Origin: Thermoplasmata archaeon | GTDB taxonomy: Archaea; Thermoplasmatota; Thermoplasmata; Lutacidiplasmatales; UBA184 | Assembly: GCA_030040775.1 (NCBI GenBank) | Contig: JASHTB010000122.1 | Coordinates: forward strand, 1 to 46,072 | Direction of reading: 5' to 3' | Length of the DNA: 46,072 nt | Part shown: one piece after another, positions 26,191 to 36,302 of the stretch | How positions within the stretch are numbered: position 1 is the stretch's first letter | Layout of the letters: each line of letters opens with the position of its first letter | Made by a program: the position numbers and the translations under genes | Notes under the pieces: generated by a model | Databases searched by the model: none | Told to the model about the DNA's origin: nothing | The model's input: only the letters and a program-made list of their open reading frames with translations

Positions 26191-26910
26191 TCATCGAGAG
26201 GGGCGCTCCTCCCCCGCGTCGGCGAGCTCCTCCTCGAGGAGGTCGAGGTACTTCCGTAACCGGCGCACGGCGCCGGGGGCGGGTCGTATCTTGAGGTCGA
26301 AGTCGTCCGTGCGCATCGCCTTCCACGGCAGCGAACCCGAAGCCGTCGAGGGTACCGGCTTCGCCGCTCGGCTCGCCGTTCGAGGCGACGCGGACGCAGG
26401 GGAGGGCCGTTCTTGGCTCTCGGGCGGAATCTCTTCCCGGTCCGGAGGGACGAGCCCCGTGTAGGTTAGGTACTCGACAACGACCGCGATCGCGCCTCCG
26501 GCCTCCGTGGTTGAGGTTCCCGCCTCCCGGGCCAAGGCGTCCGCGAGTTGGGCCGTTCGGGCATTCGGGTTGGATTGGAAGAAAGCGACCGCCGCCCGGG
26601 CGAACCAACCCTTCGCGATCAGGGAGCGCAGGACCTTGCGTCCGCGTTGCTCGTCGGACGCCTGGGTATTGAGGAACTGCATCGCGACCGGGGTCGGCTT
26701 GAACTTCCCGGGTGCCTCCTCGACCAGGAAGCCGAGGTCGCTCAGGAACTCGGCGTTCCGCGACGCGGCTCCGGTGGGCAGCCCCCCGCCCTCGACCGAC
26801 CCCGCCTCGACGGACTCGGCGCCGTTCCGGCTCACCGCCATGAACCGACGGAGGATGTCGAAGTGGACCGCGAGAGGGAACTCCTCCGAGGGAAGGGGGC
26901 GGGTCGTCAT
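26191..26910 (-). CDS. Hypothetical protein, probably tandem winged-helix
   Basis: SRNAEFLSDLGFLVEEAPGKFKPTP (wHTH recognition helix and wing pattern), second helical unit VEYLTYTGLV, Pro/Ser linker, small C-terminal domain. Confidence 0.65.
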   Translation of the reverse strand: MTTRPLPSEEFPLAVHFDILRRFMAVSRNGAESVEAGSVEGGGLPTGAASRNAEFLSDLGFLVEEAPGKFKPTPVAMQFLNTQASDEQRGRKVLRSLIAKGWFARAAVAFFQSNPNARTAQLADALAREAGTSTTEAGGAIAVVVEYLTYTGLVPPDREEIPPESQERPSPASASPRTASRAAKPVPSTASGSLPWKAMRTDDFDLKIRPAPGAVRRLRKYLDLLEEELADAGEERPSR

Positions 26911-27067
26911 CGTTCACGGTTCCCCGCCGGGCGCTCGCCTCCGCGGCAGGGGAACTCGATTCCCTAGCGCCTTGGCCGCGTATTAACCCGCCCGCCTCGG
27001 CGTCTTCCCCTTCGCCGGAGAGAGCGGACCCGCGAACGTTAAGCGAAGTCTCCCTCCTCGCAGGCCG

Positions 27068-28027
27068 ATGCCGAAGACGAGCGCAGTACCGGTGGCTCCC
27101 TCTCCGAAATACCTACGGCGGGGGAAGGTCAAGGAGGTCTACGAGGTCTCTCCGACCGAGCTCGAGTTCCGGTTCACGAACGACATCTCCGTCTTCGATA
27201 AGCACATCCCGAGCGAGATCCCGCACAAAGGCGAGACGCTCGCGCGCACCGCAGCCCACTGGTTCGAGGCGTGCGGCCGGATCGGGGTTCCGCACCACTT
27301 CCTCGGCCTCTCGGGCCCGACGGCGATGCGGGTGAAACGGGTCCGCGTCGTCCCGAAGCCACGGAGCCTCGGCCCCCACCCGAAAGACTACCTCGTCCCG
27401 CTCGAGCTGATCGTCCGCTACTATCTTGCGGGGTCGATGTGGGACCGCGTGAAGGCGGGCAAGGTCACCGCGCAGGACCTCGGCTTCCCCGCCGGGAAGA
27501 AGCTCGAGTACGCGCTTCCGCTGCCCGAGCCCCACTTCGAGGTCACCACCAAGCTCGAGCCGGTCGACCGGCTCCTCTCGACCTCGGAGGCGCTCGAGCT
27601 CTCCGCGCTCGACCGAAGCGAACTCGACGCGATCCGCGAGACGATCCTCAAGGTCGACCGGGCGATGCAGGAGGAGATCGGGCACCGCGGGTTGATCCAC
27701 GTCGACGGGAAGAAGGAGTTCGGCGTCGACGCCGAGGGCACGCTCCTGATCGTCGACACGTTCGGAACGGCGGACGAGGACCGGTTCTGGGACAAGGACG
27801 CGTTCGAGCGGGGTCGTCAGGTCGACTTCTCGAAGGAGTTCGTCCGACAGCACTACCGGCAGACCGGCTACTACGACCGCCTCCTGAAGGCGCGCGCCGA
27901 CCACGCCGAGGAACCGCCGATCCCTGCGCTCCCTCCGCTGCTCGTGGACGAGGTGAGCCGGCTCTACACGACCGTCTTCGAACGCCTGACCGGAGAGCCG
28001 TTCTCGCCGCTCGAGCAGGCCGCCTAG
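27068..28027 (+). CDS. purC: SAICAR synthetase
   Basis: [55 protein letters not shown]. Confidence 0.95.
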   Translation: MPKTSAVPVAPSPKYLRRGKVKEVYEVSPTELEFRFTNDISVFDKHIPSEIPHKGETLARTAAHWFEACGRIGVPHHFLGLSGPTAMRVKRVRVVPKPRSLGPHPKDYLVPLELIVRYYLAGSMWDRVKAGKVTAQDLGFPAGKKLEYALPLPEPHFEVTTKLEPVDRLLSTSEALELSALDRSELDAIRETILKVDRAMQEEIGHRGLIHVDGKKEFGVDAEGTLLIVDTFGTADEDRFWDKDAFERGRQVDFSKEFVRQHYRQTGYYDRLLKARADHAEEPPIPALPPLLVDEVSRLYTTVFERLTGEPFSPLEQAA

Positions 28028-28098
28028 CGAAGGCCCACCGTTCACCGTTTCGGACCCCCTCCCCTACGCTTATCTCCCCTCGACCCGGTTCGCACTCC

Positions 28099-29097
28099 GT
28101 GCCGTCCAAGAGCGCGTCCCGCCCGTCCAGTGACGAGGAGACGGAGGCCGAGCCGAAGGGCGAGGTCGGTCTCGAAGACCTCCCCGGGGTCGGACCGACC
28201 ATCGCCGAGAAGCTCCGCGAGAGCGGCTACACCGACCTGATGGAGCTCGCGGTCGCCTCGCCCGGCGACGTCGCGGAGGCCGCCGAGATCGGACTCGCGA
28301 TCGCGCAGAAGATCATCGGAGAGGCCCGCCGCAAGGCCGACGTCGGGGGCTTCGAGAGCGGCACGATCCTCCTCGAGCGGCGGAAGAAGCTCGGCCGGGT
28401 GACGACGAACTCGAAGGCGCTTGACGAGCTCCTGGGCGGCGGGGTCGAGACCCAGGCGATCACGGAGTTCTCGGGCGAGTTCGGCACGGGAAAGACCCAG
28501 CTCGCGCATCAGATCGCGGTCGACATCCAGATGCCGCCGGCGCAGGGCGGCCTCTCGGGCGAGGTCGTCTACATCGACACGGAGAGCACGTTCCGCCCCG
28601 AGCGGGTCGTCGACATGGCGAAGGGGCTCGGGCTCGACCCCGAAACCGCGCTCGGCCGGATCCACGTCGCGCGCGCGTTCAACTCGAACCACCAGATGCT
28701 CCTCGTCCAGAAGGCTCAGGAGCTCGCCCGCGAGAAGCCGATCCGCCTCCTCGTGGTCGATTCGCTCACCGCCCACTTCCGCTCGGAGTACGTCGGCCGC
28801 GGGGAGCTCGCCCCCCGCCAGCAGCAGCTGAACCGGCACCTCCACGAGCTGCTGCGCTTCTCCGACACGTACAACGCGGCGATCGTCGTCACGAACCAGG
28901 TGTCGGCGCGCCCGGACGTCCTCTTCGGCGACCCGACCCGGCCGATCGGCGGCAACATCGTCGCCCACGCGGCGACGTACCGGGTCTATCTGCGGAAATC
29001 GAAGCCGCCGCGCCGGATCGCCCGTCTCATCGACTCGCCGAACCTCCCCGAGGGCGAGGCGGTCTTCTCGCTCACGACGGAGGGGATCCGCGACTAG
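28099..29097 (+). CDS. radA: DNA repair and recombination protein RadA
   Basis: LEDLPGVGP (HhH), GGFESG polymerization motif, [48 protein letters not shown] start ~25 nt after CTTATC. Confidence 0.97.
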   Translation: MPSKSASRPSSDEETEAEPKGEVGLEDLPGVGPTIAEKLRESGYTDLMELAVASPGDVAEAAEIGLAIAQKIIGEARRKADVGGFESGTILLERRKKLGRVTTNSKALDELLGGGVETQAITEFSGEFGTGKTQLAHQIAVDIQMPPAQGGLSGEVVYIDTESTFRPERVVDMAKGLGLDPETALGRIHVARAFNSNHQMLLVQKAQELAREKPIRLLVVDSLTAHFRSEYVGRGELAPRQQQLNRHLHELLRFSDTYNAAIVVTNQVSARPDVLFGDPTRPIGGNIVAHAATYRVYLRKSKPPRRIARLIDSPNLPEGEAVFSLTTEGIRD

Positions 29098-29758
29098 CCG
29101 CCACGGCGCCCCCGACCCGGCGCAGCGCGGTCGCCTTCACGTAGAGGGTCACGGGGACCCCCGGCTTGAGTCCGAGCTCGCGAAGCGGCTCCTCCGTGAC
29201 CGCGACCTTGAGGCGGGTCCCCGAGCACCGGACGAGGAGCGTCACCCCGAGCGCCTTCGGGGCCCGCCGCACCGCCTCGACCGTCGCGGAGAGGACGTTG
29301 CGTGCGCTCGAGGGAAAGCGTCGGCGCGCGATCACGACCGCCTCGGGGTCGAGGAGGAGGGAGACCGGCGCCCCGTCCTCGGCGTCGAAAGCGACCCGCA
29401 GGCGGAGGGAACGCCCCACCCGGACCTCAGGCATCGGCGTCCGATGGTACACACCGTGCAACAGGTTGGGGAGGTCGAGCGGCGTCACCGGTCGGGCGTT
29501 GAGGAGCTCGACCGAATCGAACCCTCCGTGCACGATCCGGTCGCCGAGGACGGTCAGGACCGTCCCCCCGTGTTCCCGGCCCCCGCGGACGCTCTGGACG
29601 ACCGGCCCGCCGAACGCCCGGCCTAGCCGGGCGATTCGGTAGACCGCCCGGTCCCGAGAGATCCCGACTTCGCGGCTCGCGCGGACGACCGAGCGCTCCC
29701 GCGCCACGGCCTGGAGCAGCGCGACGTCCGTGCTCGTCACCGCCTTGCCGCGATCCAT
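29072..29758 (-). CDS. modE: ModE-type molybdate-responsive regulator (wHTH + TOBE)
   Basis: [48 protein letters not shown]...VKA. Confidence 0.85.
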   Translation of the reverse strand: MDRGKAVTSTDVALLQAVARERSVVRASREVGISRDRAVYRIARLGRAFGGPVVQSVRGGREHGGTVLTVLGDRIVHGGFDSVELLNARPVTPLDLPNLLHGVYHRTPMPEVRVGRSLRLRVAFDAEDGAPVSLLLDPEAVVIARRRFPSSARNVLSATVEAVRRAPKALGVTLLVRCSGTRLKVAVTEEPLRELGLKPGVPVTLYVKATALRRVGGAVAASRGSPPS

Positions 29759-29774
29759 TCCGGGTCACCCTGCG

Positions 29775-30800
29775 CTAGGCGTCGAGCGTCCCGAGAGAGC
29801 GGAGGCTCTTCTCCTCTACGTCGAACCGGACCCGGTCCCCGCGGGACGGGAGGCGTCCGTCCGCCCCCGGTTCGAGGCGGAGCGCGACCGAGAGCCCGCC
29901 CACCGACGCCGCGACGGCGAGGCCCTCGGGAGTGGGCCGGGCGGCTCGCACCGTCCCCTCCCAGGCACCCGAGGTCGCCGGGGCCGCGTGGACGAACGGA
30001 CGGGCGAAGGCGATCCCGCCCGGTCCGGTCCGTGCGGCGAGCCAGGCGGCGAAGGGGCCCGCCACCGGGGCGACCAGCGCGGCCCGTTCGTAGACGTTCT
30101 CGTACCCGACGAACCGCGCCGTGAACGGGTCGATCGGACGGGCGAGGAGCTCGCCCGGGGCCCCGGAGAATTCGGGGACCCCCCGGCGCAGCACGAGGAA
30201 CTCGTCGGCGGTCGAGAACGCGAGGGCGGGGTCGTGGGTCACGAGCACGACCGGCACCCGGGCCACCTCCCGCAGCTCTTCGAAGACCTCTCCCAGGGCG
30301 TGCCGGGCCTCGACGTCGAGCGCCTGCCACGGCTCGTCCCAGAGGACGAGCTCGGGCTCCGCGGCGAGGGCGCGCGCGAGGGCTACTCGCTCGGCCTCCC
30401 CGCCGCTGAGGCGGGCCGGATACCGGTGAGCGAGCTCGGTAAGCCCGAACCGATCGAGCATCTCCCGGGCCCGAGCCCGTGCGTCGAGCCGGGCCCGCAT
30501 CTCGAGGGGATAGCTCACGTTCCGTTCGACCGTGCGGTGCGGGAAGAGGCCGAGCCCCTGGGGTACGTAGCCGAGCCGGCGGGCCTCGGGGGGCCGGTCG
30601 GTCAGGTCGGTGTGGTCCCGCACGATCCGTCCGGCATCCGCCGGCAGAAAGCCGGCGAGCGTGCGCAGGAGCGTCGTCTTTCCGGCGCCGGAGTTTCCGA
30701 GCACGGCGACGACCTGGCCGGGCGCGAGGGCGAGATCGACCGGGCCGAGGCGGAACCCGTCGAGATGCGAGGCGACCCCCTCCACCGACCAGTGGCTCAT
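29775..30800 (-). CDS. wtpC: Molybdate/tungstate ABC transporter ATP-binding protein
   Basis: GNSGAGKTT, YVPQ..GLFPH, LSGGE, LWDEP, VTHD; ATGA overlap with the permease. Confidence 0.9.
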   Translation of the reverse strand: MSHWSVEGVASHLDGFRLGPVDLALAPGQVVAVLGNSGAGKTTLLRTLAGFLPADAGRIVRDHTDLTDRPPEARRLGYVPQGLGLFPHRTVERNVSYPLEMRARLDARARAREMLDRFGLTELAHRYPARLSGGEAERVALARALAAEPELVLWDEPWQALDVEARHALGEVFEELREVARVPVVLVTHDPALAFSTADEFLVLRRGVPEFSGAPGELLARPIDPFTARFVGYENVYERAALVAPVAGPFAAWLAARTGPGGIAFARPFVHAAPATSGAWEGTVRAARPTPEGLAVAASVGGLSVALRLEPGADGRLPSRGDRVRFDVEEKSLRSLGTLDA

Positions 30801-31678
30801 GGCACGAGCTCCCCCCGGCGCCACGGAACCCATCCCGACCGTTCGCCGAGCCGGACGGCTAGGAACAGCGCGAAGGCGATTAGGAGGAAGACCGAACTGA
30901 CCGCGGCCGCGTCGCGGAGGTTCCCGGTCTGGAAGATGTTGTAGACGAGGACGCTGATCGTCGAGGTCACGGGACCCGTGTACGGCCCGCCCGGGTAGAC
31001 CGTGTAGGCAAGGATCAGGATCCCGCCGATCTCGCTCACGGCTCGGGCCCACGTGAGGAGGAGCCCCGTGACGATCCCGCGGAGGGCAAGGGGGAAGCTG
31101 ACGGTGAGGAACGCGTTCACCGGCCCCGCGCCGAGCGAGCGGGCCGCCTCCACCGTGCGGGCGTCGACTGCCTGGAACGAGAGCTGCGAGGCGAGGACCG
31201 TGTAGGGCACGCTCACGACGATCATCACGAGCACGACGCCCCAGATCGTGTCGTAGACGGGAAAGCCGACCGCGTTCGCGAAGCGATAGAGCGGGGTACC
31301 CGGGATCGCGAGCACCAGGAAGAGCCCGAGGCCGACCAGGAGGTGCGGCACGGCGATCGGCAGGGCGACCGCCGACTCGACCACGCTGCGGCCGGGGAAC
31401 CGCCGGCGGGCGAGGAGGTAGCCGAACGGGATCGCGAAGACGACGGCGGCGAGAACCGTCAGGCCCGAGGCGTAGAGCGTGAGCCCGATGGCGGTCGTGA
31501 CGACCGGATTCGAGGCGGCGGCGAGGAGCTCGGACGGTGGCGCGTAGGTGAAGAGTGCATAGACCGGGAGGAGCAGAAGAAGGAGGAGCGACCCCGATAG
31601 CACGAGATGGAGGGCAAGCCACGGCGTCCCGCGATGGGCCCGCCGCCGGGGGGGAGGGGCCTTCCCCTCCCCGCTCAT
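30797..31678 (-). CDS. wtpB: Molybdate/tungstate ABC transporter permease
   Basis: FPGR..VE....LP..VPH, EAARSLGA (EAA loop), WARAVSEIG; multiple TM helices. Confidence 0.92.
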   Translation of the reverse strand: MSGEGKAPPPRRRAHRGTPWLALHLVLSGSLLLLLLLPVYALFTYAPPSELLAAASNPVVTTAIGLTLYASGLTVLAAVVFAIPFGYLLARRRFPGRSVVESAVALPIAVPHLLVGLGLFLVLAIPGTPLYRFANAVGFPVYDTIWGVVLVMIVVSVPYTVLASQLSFQAVDARTVEAARSLGAGPVNAFLTVSFPLALRGIVTGLLLTWARAVSEIGGILILAYTVYPGGPYTGPVTSTISVLVYNIFQTGNLRDAAAVSSVFLLIAFALFLAVRLGERSGWVPWRRGELVP

Positions 31679-32772
31679 GAGACGAACGGACTAGCCCAGG
31701 CCGGGAGCGCCGTCACGTCGGGCGCCACGACCGGCGGGACGGTCCCCGGCCCATACGCCCAACCGGGGAAGATCGGCCACCATCCCTTGGCGGTGAGAAT
31801 GGCGCTCCCTTGCGGGGAGAGGAGGAGGTGGACGAACGCGGCCCCGAGTCCGGGGTTCGGCGCGTTCAGGGGAACGGTCACCGTGAACAGGATGGGAGCC
31901 GGATGGACGGTCACGAGCGAACCGGACGACCCGACGATCTGCGTACCGGGAAGCGCCGCGTACTGACTGAGCGCCCCGCTGGTGTTCGCGCCGAGACCGA
32001 CCGTCGTGTTGAGCAGGACGTAGTGGAGGTCGTTGTCGATGGCGACCGGCAGGTAGGTGATCACGGCGGGAACGACCCCGGTCTCGATGAGCGTCGCGGC
32101 CTGGGACTCGTGCTCGAGAATCGTCGTGTACTTGTTCGGGGACGCGTAGGTACCGGGGGCGCCGCTGTAGAACGTGCTGTAGAGCGAGGAGATCCCAGCC
32201 TGGTAGAGCTCCCCCTGGAGCATCATGCTGAAGATCTCGTTGTAGCCGTTCGGGTCGGTCGAGGCGTTCCAGATCCCGAGCCGCGAGGTCGACGTGTTGA
32301 GGGCGACCTCGGTCTGGAGCTTCTCTCCCCAGTTCATCGCGTTGATCCCCGCGAACTGCGGGACGCTCGGGTTGTAGATCAGGACCTCTTGGGTCTGCGC
32401 GAAGACGACTCCGTAGTTCGCGTACGTCGGCTCGAGGTACTGCGGGACGAGCCGGAAGTCAGCGAGCGCGGCGACGTCCGCCTTCGCCCCGAGTGAGGTG
32501 ATCGCGGTCGTGATGTCGAGCGACCCCTCGTAGGTCTGGGCGGCCGCCGGGGCGGTGATTCCCGGGGTCTCATTCACGAGCTCACTCGCGACCGGAGGGA
32601 ACGTGTCGGTCAGCGTGCCGGCGGCGAGGACGGAGAGCGTCGTGTTCTCGGCCGAGCTCGGCGTCGCAGCCGGGGTCCCGCGGTACTCGTACCCCGCGTA
32701 GAAGCCGAGCCCGCCGATGCCGGCAGCGACCACGATGACGATGACGATCCAGACCGGGGTGGTGGCGGCCAT
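31675..32772 (-). CDS. wtpA: Tungstate/molybdate-binding protein (WtpA-like), N-terminally membrane anchored
   Basis: TM anchor WIVIVIVVAAGIGG, AAGTL, EGSL, ADVAALAD, DPNGY, API...TVP.NAPN. Start 32772 favoured by CTTATC ~25 nt upstream; alternative start 32793. Confidence 0.88.
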   Translation of the reverse strand: MAATTPVWIVIVIVVAAGIGGLGFYAGYEYRGTPAATPSSAENTTLSVLAAGTLTDTFPPVASELVNETPGITAPAAAQTYEGSLDITTAITSLGAKADVAALADFRLVPQYLEPTYANYGVVFAQTQEVLIYNPSVPQFAGINAMNWGEKLQTEVALNTSTSRLGIWNASTDPNGYNEIFSMMLQGELYQAGISSLYSTFYSGAPGTYASPNKYTTILEHESQAATLIETGVVPAVITYLPVAIDNDLHYVLLNTTVGLGANTSGALSQYAALPGTQIVGSSGSLVTVHPAPILFTVTVPLNAPNPGLGAAFVHLLLSPQGSAILTAKGWWPIFPGWAYGPGTVPPVVAPDVTALPAWASPFVS

Positions 32773-32826
32773 CGATGTGGGAAAAACCCTCATCGGATAA
32801 GGGTTACGAACGCGCCGAGGACCCCT

Positions 32827-33213
32827 TCAGAGGTCCCGGAACCGTTCCGGCGGGAAGTATAACCGGTAGACCCTCCCGACGATCGACCGGAGCGGCACCG
32901 GCCCGAACTTCCGGCTGTCCCGGGCGAAGTCGACCGCGTCACCCCGGACATCCGCCGTGCCGCTTCCGGGGTCCACGGCCGCGACCCGCTTGACGAGCCA
33001 GCGCCCCGGGGCCGCGGGGTCCACGAGAACGATGACGTCCCCGACGACCGGGGGACGGTGCCGGTAGGCCGACCGGTCGACCCAGAGTCGGTCCCCCGGT
33101 CGAAGGGTCGGGACCATGCTGGCGTCGGCGACCCGGACCCGTTGCCGCCGCCAGAACGCCCATCGCGGCGGGGGACCGACGGGAGCGGGGTTGGGGGTCG
33201 GGGTCGCCGGCAT
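32827..33213 (-). CDS. sodX: Nickel-SOD maturation protease (peptidase S26)
   Basis: RV...SM.PTL.PGD (Ser), LVKRV (Lys), VRGD....RDSRKFGPV; divergent from sodN. Confidence 0.88.
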   Translation of the reverse strand: MPATPTPNPAPVGPPPRWAFWRRQRVRVADASMVPTLRPGDRLWVDRSAYRHRPPVVGDVIVLVDPAAPGRWLVKRVAAVDPGSGTADVRGDAVDFARDSRKFGPVPLRSIVGRVYRLYFPPERFRDL

Positions 33214-33243
33214 CTTTATTCGCCCGACCGGGCTCGCCCGACC

Positions 33244-33777
33244 ATGTCCGCCCGCTCGCCGTCACTCCGCTGGATCGAACGCCTCGCCGACCTCGTGCAT
33301 CCGCCGCGCACCGTCTACGCGCACTGCGACATCCCCTGCGGTATTTACGACCCGCACGAGGCGCAGATCGCGGCGCTGACGGTCGTGCGCATGGACCAGC
33401 TGATCTCGGAGCTCGCCCACCCGGCGCCCGACGCGAAGCTCGAGGAGCGGGCGACGTACGTGTCGAAGATGGCCCGGTACACCGCGGTCAAGGAGCAGCA
33501 CTCCGAGCGCGTCAAGCAGGAGGTCCGGGTCATCTGGGGCGACTACTTCACGCCCGACCACGCGAAGCAGTTCCCCCAGACCCACGACCTCGTCTGGCGG
33601 ATCATGAAGCAGGCGTCCAAGACCCGCCAGGGCATCGCCCTGACGGACGCCCAGGAGCTCGTGAAGCTCGTGCAGGAGTTCGCGGAGGTCTTCTGGCAGA
33701 CGAAGGGAGCGAAGACCCGGCGTCAGCCGTCGCTCCAGAAGTCCGGGGGCGAGCTCGTCCTTCCGGTCCCGGCATAG
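33244..33777 (+). CDS. sodN: Nickel superoxide dismutase precursor
   Basis: 26-aa leader ending VYA, then Ni-hook HCDIPCGIYDP; KEQH...VK.E...IWGDYF; FAEVFWQTK. TTTATT box at 33215-33220. Confidence 0.96.
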   Translation: MSARSPSLRWIERLADLVHPPRTVYAHCDIPCGIYDPHEAQIAALTVVRMDQLISELAHPAPDAKLEERATYVSKMARYTAVKEQHSERVKQEVRVIWGDYFTPDHAKQFPQTHDLVWRIMKQASKTRQGIALTDAQELVKLVQEFAEVFWQTKGAKTRRQPSLQKSGGELVLPVPA

Positions 33778-33800
33778 GTCGGGGCGGCCCCGCCCCTGCG

Positions 33801-35330
33801 ATGACGGACCCGGTCTCCCTCGACGGTCGGTCGCTCTCGCTCGAACAGTTCCTCTCGGTCGTCCGGTCGGACGCCCGGGTCTCGCTCGCCGCCGAGGCGC
33901 GAGGGCACGTAGCGAAAGGCCGCGCGGCTGTTGAGCGCGCGGTCGCCACCGAACGCCCGGTCTACGGGGTGACGACGGGGTTCGGTGCGTTCTCCCACCA
34001 TCTCATCCCCAGGGCGAAGGCGCGGGAGTTGCAGGCGTCGGTCATCCGCAGCCACTCGAGCGGAACAGGCCCGGCGCTCCCCGAAGACCTGGTGCGCGGC
34101 CTCGTCCTCCTGAGGCTCAATTCGCTCGCCCGGGGGCTCTCGGGGGTACGTCCGGAGGTCCTCGACCGGCTCGTTGAGCTCCTCAACCGCCGCCTCGTCC
34201 CGTACGTTCCCGAGCAGGGCTCGGTCGGCGCCTCGGGCGACCTCGCGCCGCTCGCGCATCTCGCCTCGGCCCTCACCGGGGAAGGCGCCTACGTCGTGCG
34301 CGACGGCCCGGAGGTCGAGCCGGCCCGGGTGGTTCTCGCTCGGGAGAAGATCGACCCCCTTGAGCCCGCGGAGAAGGAAGGCGTGGCGCTGCTCAACGGG
34401 ACCGCGCTCATGGCTTCCTACCTCGCGCTCGGGGTCGCCGACGGCCGGCTCCTCCTCGACGCCGCGCTGGTCGCGGCCGCCCTCTCCTACGACGCCCTCG
34501 AGGGGAACCCCGAGTCGCTGGACGACCGTCTCGGGGAGGTCCGGAACTCTTCCGACCAGCGGGCGGTCGCGGCGACCTTGCGCGCGCTCCTCGCGGGGAG
34601 CGACCTCGCCCGTTCGCGTCCCGAATGGTCCGGGCAGGACCCGTACACCCTGCGTTGCCTGCCGCAGGTCCTCGGAGCCACGCGCCTCGCACTGGGCTTC
34701 GCGGAGGGGGTCGCCCGGAACGAGCTGAACGCGGTCACGGACAACCCGATCGTGTTCGAGCCGGAAGACTTCGTGAGCGGGGGGAACTTCCACGGCCAAC
34801 CGCTCGCGTTCGCGCTCGACTCGCTCGCGATCGCCGTGCAGTACGTCGCGGGGTTCTCCGAGCGTCGGGTCGCTCGACTCGTCCATCCGGCGCTGAACCG
34901 GGGTCTCCCTGCCTTCCTCGCTCCCGAGCCCGCGGTGAGCTCGGGGTTCATGGTCCCGCAGTACCTCGCGGCCGCGCTCGTCAACGAGAACGAGACGCTC
35001 GTCCACCCGGCGAGCACGTCGAGCCTCCCCACGTCCGCCGATCAGGAGGACTTCAACTCGATGGGAGCGTGGGCCGGCGCGAAGCTCTCCCGGGTTCTCG
35101 CCAACACCCGCCGGGTCGTCGCGGTCGAGTGGATGGTCGCCGGCCAGGCGCTCGAGCTGCGTCGGCCGCGTTCGGGCGGCCGGGGTTCCCGGACGGCCCT
35201 GAAGGCGCTGCGGGACCTGGTCGCCCCGTGGACGGCCGACCGAAGCCCGTCCGCCGACATCGAGCGAGTGGCCGCGGCGATCGCCGACGGCTCGCTCGTG
35301 CGCGCGGTGCGCGCCTCCGTCGCCTTCTAG
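33801..35330 (+). CDS. hutH: Histidine ammonia-lyase
   Basis: VYGVTTGFG, RSH (His-specific SH), GSVGASGDLAPL (MIO), KEG.AL.NGT, QDPYTLRC.PQV, SGGNFHG, SADQEDFNSMG. Confidence 0.95.
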   Translation: MTDPVSLDGRSLSLEQFLSVVRSDARVSLAAEARGHVAKGRAAVERAVATERPVYGVTTGFGAFSHHLIPRAKARELQASVIRSHSSGTGPALPEDLVRGLVLLRLNSLARGLSGVRPEVLDRLVELLNRRLVPYVPEQGSVGASGDLAPLAHLASALTGEGAYVVRDGPEVEPARVVLAREKIDPLEPAEKEGVALLNGTALMASYLALGVADGRLLLDAALVAAALSYDALEGNPESLDDRLGEVRNSSDQRAVAATLRALLAGSDLARSRPEWSGQDPYTLRCLPQVLGATRLALGFAEGVARNELNAVTDNPIVFEPEDFVSGGNFHGQPLAFALDSLAIAVQYVAGFSERRVARLVHPALNRGLPAFLAPEPAVSSGFMVPQYLAAALVNENETLVHPASTSSLPTSADQEDFNSMGAWAGAKLSRVLANTRRVVAVEWMVAGQALELRRPRSGGRGSRTALKALRDLVAPWTADRSPSADIERVAAAIADGSLVRAVRASVAF

Positions 35331-36040
35331 GCGCGGAGGACCGGAGGCGCGATCGACGCGTTCGGTCCCTCGTGCGACTTCGGGAACCGGACCGATTGCC
35401 CGCAGGTCGGGCAGGTGTACTCGCTCACGCTCTTGTGGCGAAGCGGGGTCCGGCATTTCGGACACGGGATTGGCCTCGACGTCACGTAGGCCGCGAACAT
35501 CTCTTGCGCACGACGGTCGGTGAGCGAGACCGCCGGTGTCGGCGTTTCGGGTGCCTGTCCGGTCGGGGTCGGTGTCGGGGCGACGGCAGGCTCGGGCTCC
35601 TCGGTCGTCGGGCTCGCCGAACGCGGGGTCGCGAGGCGGCCGCACTCCGGACAGACGGCGAGGTTGTTCGACCCGGCCGACAGGAGGGGTACGTGACAAT
35701 GGGGGCAGAGCGTCTTGAGACCCGAGCTCGTATAGACGGGCGGCGGCGCACGGGGCGTGCGCGACGGGACGAGCGGGGACGCCGGGCCGGCTCGTTCGGA
35801 CGAAGCCCCCGGCGACTCTTGGGAAGCCGTCGGGTCGGACCACCGGACGACCCGACGCGCCGGCTCGTAGACGAGCGGCGTGCCCGGCCTCGCGAGCTCG
35901 TGGGAGAGGAGCTTCTCGACCTTATGGCCCCGCCAGGAGAGCGCGGCGGCGAGGCCGGGAACGCTGGTCGTGCCTAGCGAGCGGACCGTCGAGCGGAGTC
36001 GCTCGAGGTCCTGCGGCGACGGGCCGAAGAGGCTGACCAT
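35327..36040 (-). CDS. Hypothetical protein with two CxxC-CxxC zinc ribbons
   Basis: CPHC..CPEC and CPKC..CPTC separated by Pro/Thr linkers; HTH-like N-terminus. Start uncertain (36040, or 36139/36145). Confidence 0.7.
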   Translation of the reverse strand: MVSLFGPSPQDLERLRSTVRSLGTTSVPGLAAALSWRGHKVEKLLSHELARPGTPLVYEPARRVVRWSDPTASQESPGASSERAGPASPLVPSRTPRAPPPVYTSSGLKTLCPHCHVPLLSAGSNNLAVCPECGRLATPRSASPTTEEPEPAVAPTPTPTGQAPETPTPAVSLTDRRAQEMFAAYVTSRPIPCPKCRTPLRHKSVSEYTCPTCGQSVRFPKSHEGPNASIAPPVLRA

Positions 36041-36302
36041 CCTGCTCGCGTCGCGCGCGACGAGGGAAGAACCTATCGCTCGACCGGCACCGAAAAGGGA
36101 AGGCACCGGTGGAGCGGCCCCTGGTCTCTTGGACGGTGCCACCAAGAGACGCTGCCACCGGTGCCCGAGGCCAACTACCGAGAAACCCCAACGGACTATA
36201 TAGTTATCCTACCCCCCTGGAATGCGGGCGATGGGGCTGTTTTAGCCATCGATCGGCCGGGATACGCACAAGTTCGATTAGGAAGGAGCGCACATAGCGA
36301 CG

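Noticed and set aside
27271..28098. Apparent 276-aa N-terminal extension of RadA (similarly ORF extensions from 549, 2572, 31622 and 17793)
   Set aside because: Stop-free shadow frames overlapping upstream genes; homology and TATA spacing support the downstream starts.
33801..35330. Phenylalanine/tyrosine ammonia-lyase or aminomutase of secondary metabolism
   Set aside because: The SH specificity residues (IRSHSSG) and QED motif are those of histidine ammonia-lyase.
36140..36300. Possible tRNA or ncRNA in the long intergenic spacer (contains GTTCGA at 36272-36277)
   Set aside because: No cloverleaf stems or acceptor pairing could be built around it.
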